A stretch of 53,911 nucleotides of DNA, taken from the NCBI GenBank assembly GCA_028876375.1, contig JAGWSB010000004.1:1-53911 (forward strand). Reading direction: 5' to 3'. The DNA comes from Chloroflexota bacterium. Lineage in GTDB: Bacteria > Chloroflexota > Limnocylindria > P2-11E. The translations under genes were made by a program, and so were the position numbers. This document shows, one piece after another, positions 11,183 through 21,060 of the stretch. Each line of letters opens with the position of its first letter. The stretch's first letter is position 1. Under the pieces are notes generated by a model. That model was not told the origin of the DNA. It saw only the letters and a list, made by a program, of their open reading frames with translations, and did no database searches.

Positions 11183-11728
11183 CTACCGGGGGACTGCGCC
11201 CCCCGAGGACCCCCCGGGGACGCTCGTCCTGTACTCGGCGCTCATCTCCCGGTAGTGCTCCGACGCCGCATGCGTCCACCGCGAATCCTCGGGCCGCACG
11301 TCACGCGCGACACGGGCAGGCACGCCGACGACCATCTTCCGCTCGCCGACCTCCATGCCGGCGGGGAACACCGCGCCGGCGCCGACGAGACTTCCGCTTC
11401 CGACCTTGTTGAACCCGGTGAGGACGGACGCCGTCCCGATGAGGACGTTGTCGCCCACGACGCTCGAATGGACGATCGCGCCGTGTCCGATGGTGCAGTT
11501 CGCACCGATGATGGTGGGCGCGCCGTGATCGGTGTGGATGACGGAGTTGTCCTGGACGTTCGTCCCCGAGCCGATCCGCACGTACGACGTATCCGCGCGG
11601 ACCGTCACCCCGAACCAGATCGACGCGCCCGACGCGATCTCGACGTCGCCGATGATGCTCGCCGTCGGCGCGACCCACGCGTCGTCGGCGACCTTCGGCA
11701 TCTTCCCTTGATACGGATAGAGAGGCAC
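11183..11728 (-). CDS. Gamma carbonic anhydrase-like hexapeptide-repeat protein (YrdA/PaaY family)
   Basis: APTASIIGDVEI, TNVQDNSVIH, TIGHGAIVH, GVPARVAR; GTG at 11728 follows a TACCAT -10. Confidence 0.9.
   Translation of the reverse strand: MPLYPYQGKMPKVADDAWVAPTASIIGDVEIASGASIWFGVTVRADTSYVRIGSGTNVQDNSVIHTDHGAPTIIGANCTIGHGAIVHSSVVGDNVLIGTASVLTGFNKVGSGSLVGAGAVFPAGMEVGERKMVVGVPARVARDVRPEDSRWTHAASEHYREMSAEYRTSVPGGSSGGAVPR
11186..11219. repeat. Short GC-rich palindromic (REP-like) element in the 3' end of the gamma-CA gene
   Basis: ccgggggactgcgccccccgaggaccccccgggg forms hairpins and encodes a low-complexity tail PGGSSGGAVPR. Confidence 0.35.
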
Positions 11729-11744
11729 CGCGAGAATGGTATGG
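11729..11744. promoter_or_regulatory. Bidirectional promoter for two leaderless genes
   Basis: GAGAAT (+) and TACCAT (-) overlap and each lies 7 nt from a GTG start; only 16 bp separate the starts. Confidence 0.6.
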
Positions 11745-12866
<1,122 letters not shown>

Positions 12867-13601
12867 CGACCTCGGCGACGCCGGCGTCCAGGAGCTTCTT
12901 CCGCAGCCGCCCGACGTGCACGTCGACGAGGCGCGTGTCGCTGCCCGGCTCGTAGCCCCACACCGTCGTCAGCAGGTCGTCGCGCGTGAAGACGCGGCCC
13001 GGCTCGCCGGCGAGCGTGCGCAGCAGCTTGAACTCCGTCGGCGTGAGCGCGATGTGCCGCTCGCCCGCGATCGCCTGCACGCTGGCGAGGTCGACGACGA
13101 AGCGCCCGAACCGGAGCTGCGATCGCCCGTCGCCCAGCGGAGCGTGCCCGCGGCGCAGCAGCGCACCGACGCGCGCGAGGAGCTCGTCGTTGTCGAACGG
13201 CTTCCCGACGTAGTCGTCGGCTCCGATGCGCAGACCGACGACACGGTCGGGCGCGTCGCGCTTCGCCGAGAGGAAGAGGACGGGCACGTCGCTCTCGCGG
13301 CGCAGCTGCAGGCAGAGGCTGATGCCGTCGACGCTCGGCATGAGCACGTCGAGGATGACGAGGTCGGGCTGGACCGCGGTGAACGTCTCGATCGCCTTGC
13401 GCGAGTCCGTCACGAGGCGGGCCTCGTAGCCCTCCTCGCGGAGGAGCTCGCAGACCGCGGCGGCGATGGCCTCGTCATCGTCGACGACGAGGACCTTGGC
13501 CAGGGTCGTCGTTCGGTCGGGGCCTGTCGGCTGCGTCTCGATCATGCAACGGAGCCGTGAAGCAGGCTCCGTGCCGATCCAACGGCCGCCGGCTCAGCGC
13601 C

Positions 13602-13961
13602 CTACTTACGCTCCTCTTTGTTCGCGTCGGAGACGCAGTAGGCCGTGTCGGGGATGGCCTCCAGGCGCTCCTCGGGGATGGGCCCGCCGCACACGACGCA
13701 GCGTCCGTAGGCGCCGTCGTCCATGCGCCGGAGCGCGTCCTGGATGCGCCCGATGCGCGCCTCGATCAGCCGCTGCTGCGTCAGGTCGAGCTCGCGCGAC
13801 TCCGTCTCCGTCGCCGCGTCAGCGGGGTGCTGGTCGCGCAGCGACAGCTCTCCGCCGCTCTCCTGCTGGCCGATCGCGATGCGCTCGCGGACCAGGGCGA
13901 GAGAGCTCTCGGCGTCGCCGAGATCGTGCTCCAGCCGGCGGCGCTGTGCGGCCATCTCCAT
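13602..13961 (-). CDS. TraR/DksA family zinc-finger protein
   Basis: DQHPADAATET, YGRCVVCGGPIPEERLEAIP..YCVSD. Confidence 0.88.
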   Translation of the reverse strand: MEMAAQRRRLEHDLGDAESSLALVRERIAIGQQESGGELSLRDQHPADAATETESRELDLTQQRLIEARIGRIQDALRRMDDGAYGRCVVCGGPIPEERLEAIPDTAYCVSDANKEERK

Positions 13962-13981
13962 CGCTCACAATGGTGCCACCG

Positions 13982-14776
13982 ATGGCGACGCCCGCTCCTG
14001 CCCATCCGACGGATCACGGCCGTGCCGACCAGCCCTATCTCGACCGCGATTGGCTGGCGGCGCATCTTCAAGAGGAGAGACGCAGCGCGGACCTCCTCGG
14101 CGAGACGCGCGAGGCGCTCTTCGGCGCGCAGGACGGCATCGTCAGCATCTTGACGGTCGTCAGCACGCTGAGCGGCGCGACGTCCGACCACCACGTCGTG
14201 CTGCTCGGGGGCATCGCGACGACGATCGCCGAGATCTTCTCCATGGCGGCGGGCGAGTACATGGGATCGCGCTCGCAGCATCAGGTGTTCGAGGCGCAGA
14301 TCGCGCGGGAGCGCAAGGAGGTCGAGGAGCGCCCGGGTGAATCGCAGGCCGAGGTGGCGTTCATGCTCGAGGAGGAGGGCCTGCAGCGCGACCAGGCCGA
14401 GCGCGTCGCCGGCGTCCTCGCGACGAACAAGGACGTCCTCCTGCGGACGATGGTGGAGAAGGAGCTCGGGCTCTCGGCGGAGCCCGACGCCCACGCGCTG
14501 CGCGGCGCGCTCGTGCTGTCGGGCGCGCTCGGCGTCGCCGCGATGGTGCCGCTCCTGCCATACGTCTTCCTCGGCGTCCACACCGCGCTCCTCGTGTCGA
14601 TCGGCGGCTCCGCCCTGGTGCTGTTCCTCCTCGGCGTCGCGAAGTCGCGTTTCGTCGAGGCCGGCGGGATCCGCTCGGGCCTCGAGATCGTGCTCCTCGC
14701 CGCCGTCGCCGGCGGCGCGGGCTATCTCTTCGGCACCCTCCTCCCGGCCATCGTCAGGGCCGCGCCCGTCCCCTGA
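13982..14776 (+). CDS. VIT1/CCC1 family iron/manganese transporter
   Basis: FGAQDGIVS, FSMAAGEYM, MVEKELGL, C-terminal TM helices. Confidence 0.88.
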   Translation: MATPAPAHPTDHGRADQPYLDRDWLAAHLQEERRSADLLGETREALFGAQDGIVSILTVVSTLSGATSDHHVVLLGGIATTIAEIFSMAAGEYMGSRSQHQVFEAQIARERKEVEERPGESQAEVAFMLEEEGLQRDQAERVAGVLATNKDVLLRTMVEKELGLSAEPDAHALRGALVLSGALGVAAMVPLLPYVFLGVHTALLVSIGGSALVLFLLGVAKSRFVEAGGIRSGLEIVLLAAVAGGAGYLFGTLLPAIVRAAPVP

Positions 14777-14980
14777 TCGCGGGCGCGCCTCCGGCAGCTC
14801 CATCGAGGGCGCGCACGCGAGCGCGACGGGGCTCCGGTACGACGGCGGACGGGTCACCCGCAACATGGCCGACCAGGTGTCCGGGCAGGACCTCCTCGTT
14901 CCCGCGGTGCCGCAGTACCGCCCGCCGACGACGTAACGGCGCGACGCGCCTGGTCGTGACCGTGCCTCTAGCCTGAGGCG

Positions 14981-16000
14981 GTGCCGGGGCCGCACGTCCC
15001 CTTCCCGCCGCAAGAGGCCGAGCTCGTCGAGGAGATCCCTCTCGGCGAGAAGTGGCAGTACGAGCCGAAGTGGGACGGCTTCCGCGGCGTGCTCGAGAAC
15101 GACGGCGGCGAGCTCGCGCTGTGGAGCCGGAACGGCCGGCCGCTCCTGCGCTACTTCCCCGAGCTGCGGCCGCTCGGCGACCTTCTCCCGCCGCACTCCG
15201 CCCTCGACGGCGAGATCGTCATCGAGCGCGAGGGGCGGCTCGACTTCGACGCGATGCAGCTGCGGCTCCACCCGGCGGAGAGCCGCATCCGCAAGCTCGC
15301 CGCGGAGACGCCCTCGACGTACATCGCCTTCGACGTCCTGCTGTGGGCGGGTGACCCGATCCACGCGCGGCCGCTGCGCGAGCGCCGTGCCGCGTTGCTC
15401 GCGAAGGCGAAGGGCTTCCGCATCTCCCCGGCGTCGACGGACGTCGCGCAGGCGCGCGCGTGGCTCGCGCGTCTCGAGACGCTCGGCCTCGACGGCGTGA
15501 TCGCGAAGCGCCTGGACCTGGCGTACATGCCGGGCTCGCGCGAGGCGGTGCGGAAGGTGAAGAAGCACAAGACCGCGGACTGCGTGATCGTCGGCTACCG
15601 CACGAACGGCACGCGCATCGCGGTCCTCAACCTCGGGCTGTACCGGCCGGACGGGACGCTCGACTTCGCGGGGCACACCTCCGGGATCGCGGGTCCGTTG
15701 CAGCAGCGGCTGCAGGAGATGCTGCCGCCGCTCCGCGTCGAGGAGGAGACGACGACCGGACGCCACCCCGGCGGCGAGAGCCGCTGGTCGCGCGGGCGCG
15801 ACCTCGAGTGGACGCCGGTGCGCCCGGAGGTCGTGTGCGAGGTGCGTTACGACAAGGTCGAGGAGGACCGCTTCCGCCACGGCACGCGCTTCCTGCGCTT
15901 CCGGCCGGACAAGGATCCGAAGGACTGCACCTGGGAGCAGGTGCGCCCGCGCCGCCGCCGCGGCGACCCGACGCTCGAGGATCTGCTGGTGACCGCCTAG
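14981..16000 (+). CDS. ligC: ATP-dependent DNA ligase (LigC-type)
   Basis: YEPKWDGFR, LDGEIV, AFDVL, DGVIAKR, TADCVIVG, RFRPDKDP. Confidence 0.9.
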   Translation: MPGPHVPFPPQEAELVEEIPLGEKWQYEPKWDGFRGVLENDGGELALWSRNGRPLLRYFPELRPLGDLLPPHSALDGEIVIEREGRLDFDAMQLRLHPAESRIRKLAAETPSTYIAFDVLLWAGDPIHARPLRERRAALLAKAKGFRISPASTDVAQARAWLARLETLGLDGVIAKRLDLAYMPGSREAVRKVKKHKTADCVIVGYRTNGTRIAVLNLGLYRPDGTLDFAGHTSGIAGPLQQRLQEMLPPLRVEEETTTGRHPGGESRWSRGRDLEWTPVRPEVVCEVRYDKVEEDRFRHGTRFLRFRPDKDPKDCTWEQVRPRRRRGDPTLEDLLVTA

Positions 16001-16980
16001 TCGCGCCCCTCGCGCCTCTTCTTCTCTTCGTACTCCTTCCGCCAGTCGCGCGGCGGACCCGTGCGCGTCCGCGGCTTCGGGCCCTTCCCCGGCGGCTTGA
16101 TCCCGAGCTTCTCGAAGAGCGGCGCGATGCTGCGCTTGGCGCTCCACATGTCCGCGGTGAGATCTCCCGATCGGCGCACGCGCTCACGCATCGTCGTCAG
16201 CGTGAAGTCGGCGGGATCGACGTCCGCGACCTCGCGCCAGCGCAGAGGAGCGGAGCAGCGCGCGTCGCTGGTCGGGCGTACCGAATAGGCGGAAGCGATG
16301 GTCCGGTCGCGCGCGTTCTGGCCGTAGTCGACGAAGACGCCGGTCCGCTGGCGCACGGCCCACGTCGTCGTCGCGATCGTCGGCACCCTCTTCTCGACCT
16401 CTTTCGCCATCGCCTTGGCGAAGCGCCGCACTTCGGGGAACTCGAGGTCTCGCTCGATGGGGGCGAGGATGTGCATGCCCGTCGCGCCGGAGGTCTTGGG
16501 ATAGCTCGCGAGCCCCAGCTCGTCCATCACGTCCTTCACGACGAGGGCGATCTCGCGAACGTGCGGCCACTGACCCTCCGCGCTCGGATCGAGGTCGATG
16601 AGGAGGTAGTCGGGGCGCTCCACGTCGTCGATGCGCGAGTGCCAGGTGTGGATCTCGATGCAGCCGAGGTTGGCGAGCCAGGCGAGCGACGCGGGGCTGT
16701 CCAGGACCGGGAAGTCCGCGTTGCGCCCGCTCGGGAAGTGGATGCGGAAGGTCTCGAGCCAGGCCGGGTGCGGGACCGGCACGCGCTTCTGGTAGAAGAA
16801 GTCGCCGTCGACGCCGTTGGGGTAGCGCTTCATCTGCGCCGGGCGCTTGCGGACGTGGGGCAGGACGGCGTCCGCGAGATCGACGTAGTACTCGATCAGG
16901 TCGCCCTTGGTGAGCGCGCGGGCGGGGAAGAAGACCTTGTCCTGATTCGTGAGCGCGACGTCGTGACCGCCGATGCGCAT
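15997..16980 (-). CDS. Standalone LigD-type primase-polymerase (Prim-PolC-like)
   Basis: KRYPNGVDG, FYQKRVP, IDLDP, KTSGATGMH, VDYGQNARDRTIASAYSVRP. Confidence 0.9.
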   Translation of the reverse strand: MRIGGHDVALTNQDKVFFPARALTKGDLIEYYVDLADAVLPHVRKRPAQMKRYPNGVDGDFFYQKRVPVPHPAWLETFRIHFPSGRNADFPVLDSPASLAWLANLGCIEIHTWHSRIDDVERPDYLLIDLDPSAEGQWPHVREIALVVKDVMDELGLASYPKTSGATGMHILAPIERDLEFPEVRRFAKAMAKEVEKRVPTIATTTWAVRQRTGVFVDYGQNARDRTIASAYSVRPTSDARCSAPLRWREVADVDPADFTLTTMRERVRRSGDLTADMWSAKRSIAPLFEKLGIKPPGKGPKPRTRTGPPRDWRKEYEEKKRREGRD

Positions 16981-17001
16981 CCACGCAGTATCGGCGGCGC
17001 C

Positions 17002-17373
17002 CTACTGGACGTGCGCTTGGTGCGAGACCCCCTCGATGGTCCGCAGCAGCCCGTCGAACTCGAACGGCTTGTGCACGACCGCGTCGGCGCCACGGATGTG
17101 ATGGCGACCGGGCGGGATCGCGGCGGAGACCACGATCACCGGGATGCTCCGCGTCGCGGCGTTCGCGCGCATGTGCCGCAGCAGCGTGTAGCCGTCGACG
17201 TCCGGGAGCATCAGGTCGAGCAGGACGACGTCGGGCTCGCGCCGCAGCATGTCGACCGCTTCGTGCGCGTCGCGGGCGAGGAGGACCTCGTACCCCTCCG
17301 CCGCGAGGAAGCTCTGGTAGAGGTACGACAGGTCCGGGTCGTCCTCGATCGCGAGTATCCGTAGCGCGCTCAT
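17002..17373 (-). CDS. Single-domain response regulator receiver
   Basis: ILAIEDD, VLLDLMLPDVDG, KPF. Confidence 0.85.
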   Translation of the reverse strand: MSALRILAIEDDPDLSYLYQSFLAAEGYEVLLARDAHEAVDMLRREPDVVLLDLMLPDVDGYTLLRHMRANAATRSIPVIVVSAAIPPGRHHIRGADAVVHKPFEFDGLLRTIEGVSHQAHVQ

Positions 17374-17406
17374 GAGGCGGCTTCATGCCGCACTATCGGT
17401 GCCGCG

Positions 17407-18312
17407 CTAGCGGCAGGCTCGGAGCAGCTCCTCGACCCGATCGAGCGGCGGACGCTGCGGATCGGCGGACAAGGGCTGGACGCACACGTGATCCGCGCCG
17501 TTCCGTCGATGCGTCAAAACGCGGTCAACGATCCGTTCGAGCGGGCCCCAGGCGACGATCGCGTCGACGAGGCGGTCGCTCGGCGTCGCGATCTCTTCAT
17601 CCGACCAACCGAGCCGCCGCAGGTTGTTCGCGTAGTTGTCGAGCCGCGTGTAGCCGGACATGTGCGCCCGCGCGGTCTCCCGCGCGCGAGCGGGATCCGT
17701 CTCGAAGACGACCGCTTGCTCGACCGCGAGCACCGGGCCCTCGCCCAGGGTCTTGCGCGCGAGCGCGGTGTGCTCGACGGGGACGAAGTACGGGTGTGCG
17801 CCCGCGGCGCGTTCGCGCGCCAGCCGCAGCATCTGCGGCCCGAGCGCGGCGAGGACCCGCGGCGGCATCTGTGCCGGCTCGGGGCCGACGTACCGCGCGG
17901 CGTCCATCGCGTCGAGGTACTCGCGCATGCGTCCGATCGGCTTGTCGTACGTGCCGCCGGTGCGCCGGCGCACGACCGGGGCGTGGCTGATGCCGAGGCC
18001 GAGGACGAACCGGCCGGGGAACGCGTCGCCGAGGGCGCGCGCGCCGTTCTGCATCGCGACCGCGTCGCGGGCCCAGATGTTCGCGATGCCCGTCGCGAGG
18101 GGGATGCGCTCGGTCCACGAGAGCACCAGGGTGGCGTGGGCGAAGATGTCCTTGCTCATCCCGGTCTCGGCGATCCACAGCGCGCCCGCGCCCATCGCTT
18201 CGATGCGCCGCGCCGCGTCCCGCGCGTCGGCGCTGGTCATGCGATCGAGGGCGGACGTCCAGACGCCGACCGGGCCGATCCGCTCCGCGACCGCGCGTCC
18301 GGGATGCGCCAC
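17407..18312 (-). CDS. LLM-class F420-dependent oxidoreductase
   Basis: ATGIANIWARD, GRFVLGLGISH, LAALGPQML, GAHPYF; GTG at 18312 follows TACGCT. Confidence 0.88.
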   Translation of the reverse strand: MAHPGRAVAERIGPVGVWTSALDRMTSADARDAARRIEAMGAGALWIAETGMSKDIFAHATLVLSWTERIPLATGIANIWARDAVAMQNGARALGDAFPGRFVLGLGISHAPVVRRRTGGTYDKPIGRMREYLDAMDAARYVGPEPAQMPPRVLAALGPQMLRLARERAAGAHPYFVPVEHTALARKTLGEGPVLAVEQAVVFETDPARARETARAHMSGYTRLDNYANNLRRLGWSDEEIATPSDRLVDAIVAWGPLERIVDRVLTHRRNGADHVCVQPLSADPQRPPLDRVEELLRACR

Positions 18313-18383
18313 GCCGGAAGCGTATCCACCGCCGCGCAAAGAACGCACGTTCTACGAGCGCGCCGGGCTCGCAGCCGGAAGGG

Positions 18384-18665
18384 CTAGCGGCGGACGGTGT
18401 GGCCCCGCAGCGGGTCGAGCGCCTTGGCCCAGTCGACGAGACGGTCGATCGGCACGCCTCCGGTCGCGGTCCACTCGTGCCGATCGTCGTCGACCATTCC
18501 GTCGCAGTAGGCCCAGCGGCCGCGGTAGACGGTCAGCCCGCCGCGTCCGCCGCGCGACGGCGCCTCGCGATGCGCCACCCTCTCGCAGACCCAGTGCACC
18601 ACCGCGTCGGTGGGTCGCACGTGCGCGGCGCTCTCGTCGTGCCATAGCGGAGGCTGCACGCGCAT
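18384..18665 (-). CDS. Small hypothetical protein with C-x4-H...C...H motif
   Basis: SD GGAGGGAG, TGATG coupling with the upstream ORF, paralogous to 24480..24719. Confidence 0.7.
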   Translation of the reverse strand: MRVQPPLWHDESAAHVRPTDAVVHWVCERVAHREAPSRGGRGGLTVYRGRWAYCDGMVDDDRHEWTATGGVPIDRLVDWAKALDPLRGHTVRR

Positions 18666-18883
18666 CACTCCCTCCACAGCGAGCCCTGCGCCGGCTCGTC
18701 GTGCTCGGGCCAGAACGGATCGTCCGACAGCTTCACCGCGGTCTTCACGCGCGCCGGGTCGACGCGCACGCGGCCCTGCGGACCCTCGAGCTCGGCCGTG
18801 AGGATCCCCCCGCTATCGGCCCAGCAATGAACGAGGTCGCCCTCCGGCGTCCGGTACGTCCCCAGATCGACGGTCGTGTTCAT
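18665..18883 (-). CDS. Small hypothetical protein (72 aa)
   Basis: SD GGGGAG before ATG, globular composition (MNTTVDLGTYRTPEGDLVHCW...). Confidence 0.65.
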   Translation of the reverse strand: MNTTVDLGTYRTPEGDLVHCWADSGGILTAELEGPQGRVRVDPARVKTAVKLSDDPFWPEHDEPAQGSLWRE

Positions 18884-19081
18884 CGACCTGCTCCCCCGTG
18901 CGCGGACCGTCGTCCGCCCGATGCCGCGACTGCAAGTCTGACACCGAGCAGGACACCCAGGGCCCTCTCGCTCGGCGCCGATCGATCGTGCCGCGAGCGT
19001 TCCGCGAGTGTCACGCGTGAAGCGGTGTCGAGGCAAGAGGAAGGATGCGCGTGCGCGCGCGAGCGGCCGCCGAGGGAGCGG

Positions 19082-19942
19082 TCAGACCGCGTGCTGCGCG
19101 AGCGGCCGCGGCAGCGGCTCCTCCTTCTTGACGCGCTCGGCCGCGCGACCGATGAGCACCGCGCAGTGCGCGCCGGAGAGCACCTTGTCCGCGGTCGTCC
19201 CCTGTAGGAAGCCCTCCCCGATCCCTGTCCCGCGCGATCCCAGGACGATGAGATCCGCGCCCAGGCCCCTCGCGCGCTCGAGGATCCGGTCGGCGACGTC
19301 GCCGCGCTCGACGACGATGTGCGTCGTCCAGAGGGGCGGGAGCTGGCAGGCCGCGACGTGGAGCAGGTCCTGCGCGCGCGTCAGGTCGACGCGCGCGTCG
19401 GGCAGGACGTGCATGAGCACGACGTTGGTATCGCGGGGCAGCGGGAGGACGGCGAGCGTGGCGATCGCGGCACGGGAGTCGGGCGAGCCGTCGACGGCGA
19501 CGAGCACCCGCCGCGGCGCATGGCGGCGCTCGCGTACTACGAGGACGGGCAGCGGCGACGAGCGCGCCAGGCTGCGCGCGGTGCTTCCGAGGATCGCGCC
19601 GGCGATGAGCCCGCGCCCGCGCGATCCGAGGACGATGAGCTCCGAGCGCGTCGCGACGGCAGTGGTGAGGATCGCCCGTGCGGGCGAGCCTGCGCCGACG
19701 TGGACGTCCGCGTGGATGCCGCGCGCGCCGAGGTGCCGCGCCGCGAGGTCGGCGATCTCCGCGGCGGCGGTCTCCTCGACCAGCGGTGAGATCCCGCCGT
19801 CGCCGCCCAAAGCCGCCGGGCGAAGCGGGACCACGGTGAGCACGGTCACGGTGTCCGTCTCACGGCGGTGCGGCATGTCGCAGAGCATCTCGAGGGCGAC
19901 GTCCGCGGCGGCCGAGCCGTCCGTGGCAAAGAGGATCCGGAT
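19082..19942 (-). CDS. Tandem-domain universal stress protein; probable ATC start
   Basis: IRILFATDGS, LGSRGRG, LGST, VAVDGS; AAGGAG lies 7 nt before ATC; paralog 34659..35594 starts MRILFATDGS. Confidence 0.85.
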   Translation of the reverse strand: MRILFATDGSAAADVALEMLCDMPHRRETDTVTVLTVVPLRPAALGGDGGISPLVEETAAAEIADLAARHLGARGIHADVHVGAGSPARAILTTAVATRSELIVLGSRGRGLIAGAILGSTARSLARSSPLPVLVVRERRHAPRRVLVAVDGSPDSRAAIATLAVLPLPRDTNVVLMHVLPDARVDLTRAQDLLHVAACQLPPLWTTHIVVERGDVADRILERARGLGADLIVLGSRGTGIGEGFLQGTTADKVLSGAHCAVLIGRAAERVKKEEPLPRPLAQHAV

Positions 19943-20116
19943 AGTGCCGCTCCTTTTCCTGCTTCTGGCTTCATCGAGGGTGTGGCCCGGTCCGTCGGTC
20001 ACGCTAGGGGCATACGGACGCACATCGGATGGCGGAGCGCGGTCGTCGGCTGGGCCGATCGCGTGTGCGTGCGCGCAGGTCGCTGGCCGCGCGGTCTCCG
20101 TCCGGTCGCTTCCCGT

Positions 20117-20148
20117 TACCCGAAAGGCTCTATGGCCCGAGACGGCCC
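20117..20148. promoter_or_regulatory. Tandem DosR-box-like sites in the divergent usp/hsp20 promoter
   Basis: tacccgaaaggctc and gcccgagacggccc, followed by a TAGCGT -10. Confidence 0.5.
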
Positions 20149-20178
20149 TGGCTAGCGTCGGACCCCGGAGGTGGAGCC

Positions 20179-20616
20179 ATGACACTCGCTCGCTGGACCC
20201 CGCTACGCGACCTCATGTCCATGCGAGAGGCGATGGACAAGCTATTCGACGAGAGCCTCATCCCGCCGGCGTTCCTCACGATGGAGCACCGGACCTTCCC
20301 GGTCGACCTGTACGAGACCGCGGAGACGTACACGCTGAAGGCGTCCCTTCCGGGCATGGACCCGCTCAAGATCGGCGTCGAGGCGATGTCCGATGCGGTC
20401 ACCGTGAAGGGTGAGCTGGTCGAGGAGAAGGAGGAGAAGAAGGGTGCCGTCGTACGCCAGGAGCGCCGGTATGGGCGCTTCGAGCGCACCATCGGGCTGC
20501 CCGTGGCGATCGATCCGGCCAAGGTCGAGGCCACGTACGAGCACGGCGTGCTCACGCTCGTAATGCCGAAGTCACAGGTCGTGCGCCCGAAGAGCATCGA
20601 GGTGAAGGTCCGCTAG
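20179..20616 (+). CDS. Small heat shock protein (Hsp20/alpha-crystallin)
   Basis: PVDLYET, ERRYGRFERTIGLP, ATYEHGVLTLVMPK; SD GGAGG. Confidence 0.95.
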   Translation: MTLARWTPLRDLMSMREAMDKLFDESLIPPAFLTMEHRTFPVDLYETAETYTLKASLPGMDPLKIGVEAMSDAVTVKGELVEEKEEKKGAVVRQERRYGRFERTIGLPVAIDPAKVEATYEHGVLTLVMPKSQVVRPKSIEVKVR

Positions 20617-20628
20617 GACCAAAGTCAC
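20615..20628. promoter_or_regulatory. DosR-box-like palindrome
   Basis: aggaccaaagtcac resembles GGGAC-NWWN-GTCCC. Confidence 0.55.
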
Positions 20629-20707
20629 GGGGCGGTCGTGACCGGCCGGGCCGGGGATGATGCCAAGGACCCTCTGCATGCCCCCGGCCCGCCCCCACGA
20701 TGGGGGC

Positions 20708-21025
20708 ATGTCGGAGACGCCGAGCTGGCTCGACGGTCTGGTCGGTAACGTCCGCTGCGCCGCTTGCGGCCGTCTCTACGCCCGGAGCGACCTGCGGCCG
20801 GTCGGGCAACGCGACCAGCACTGGTTCGTCCGCTGCACCTGCAGCGCGTGCGGGAGCCAGGGCATCGCGGTCGTGATGGTGCAGGCCGCCGTGGTCCCCG
20901 CCCCAGCCGCGCCGACCCGTCCGGCCATCACCGTCGACGACGTGCTGAGCGCCCACGAGCTCCTCCGCGACTACAGCGGCAACGTGGACGGCCTCTTCGG
21001 CGCCGGGAGCTCGCGCACCCGCTAA
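20708..21025 (+). CDS. Small zinc-ribbon protein (CxxC...CxCxxC)
   Basis: CAAC and CTCSAC motifs, C-terminal ITVDDVLSAHELL; CACGAT -10 lies 6 nt before ATG. Confidence 0.75.
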   Translation: MSETPSWLDGLVGNVRCAACGRLYARSDLRPVGQRDQHWFVRCTCSACGSQGIAVVMVQAAVVPAPAAPTRPAITVDDVLSAHELLRDYSGNVDGLFGAGSSRTR

Positions 21026-21060
21026 AGGCGCGGCCCCGCACCGCGACGCATCATCGGCGC

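Noticed and set aside
11183-11185. Pyrrolysine/amber recoding fusing gamma-CA to HutH
   Set aside because: TAG is a common real stop in this window, no pyl genes are seen, and a CTG start explains the data more simply; kept only as an alternative
14865-14936. 23-aa ORF MADQVSGQDLLVPAVPQYRPPTT between the VIT1 gene and ligC
   Set aside because: No SD or well-spaced -10 and no recognisable motif
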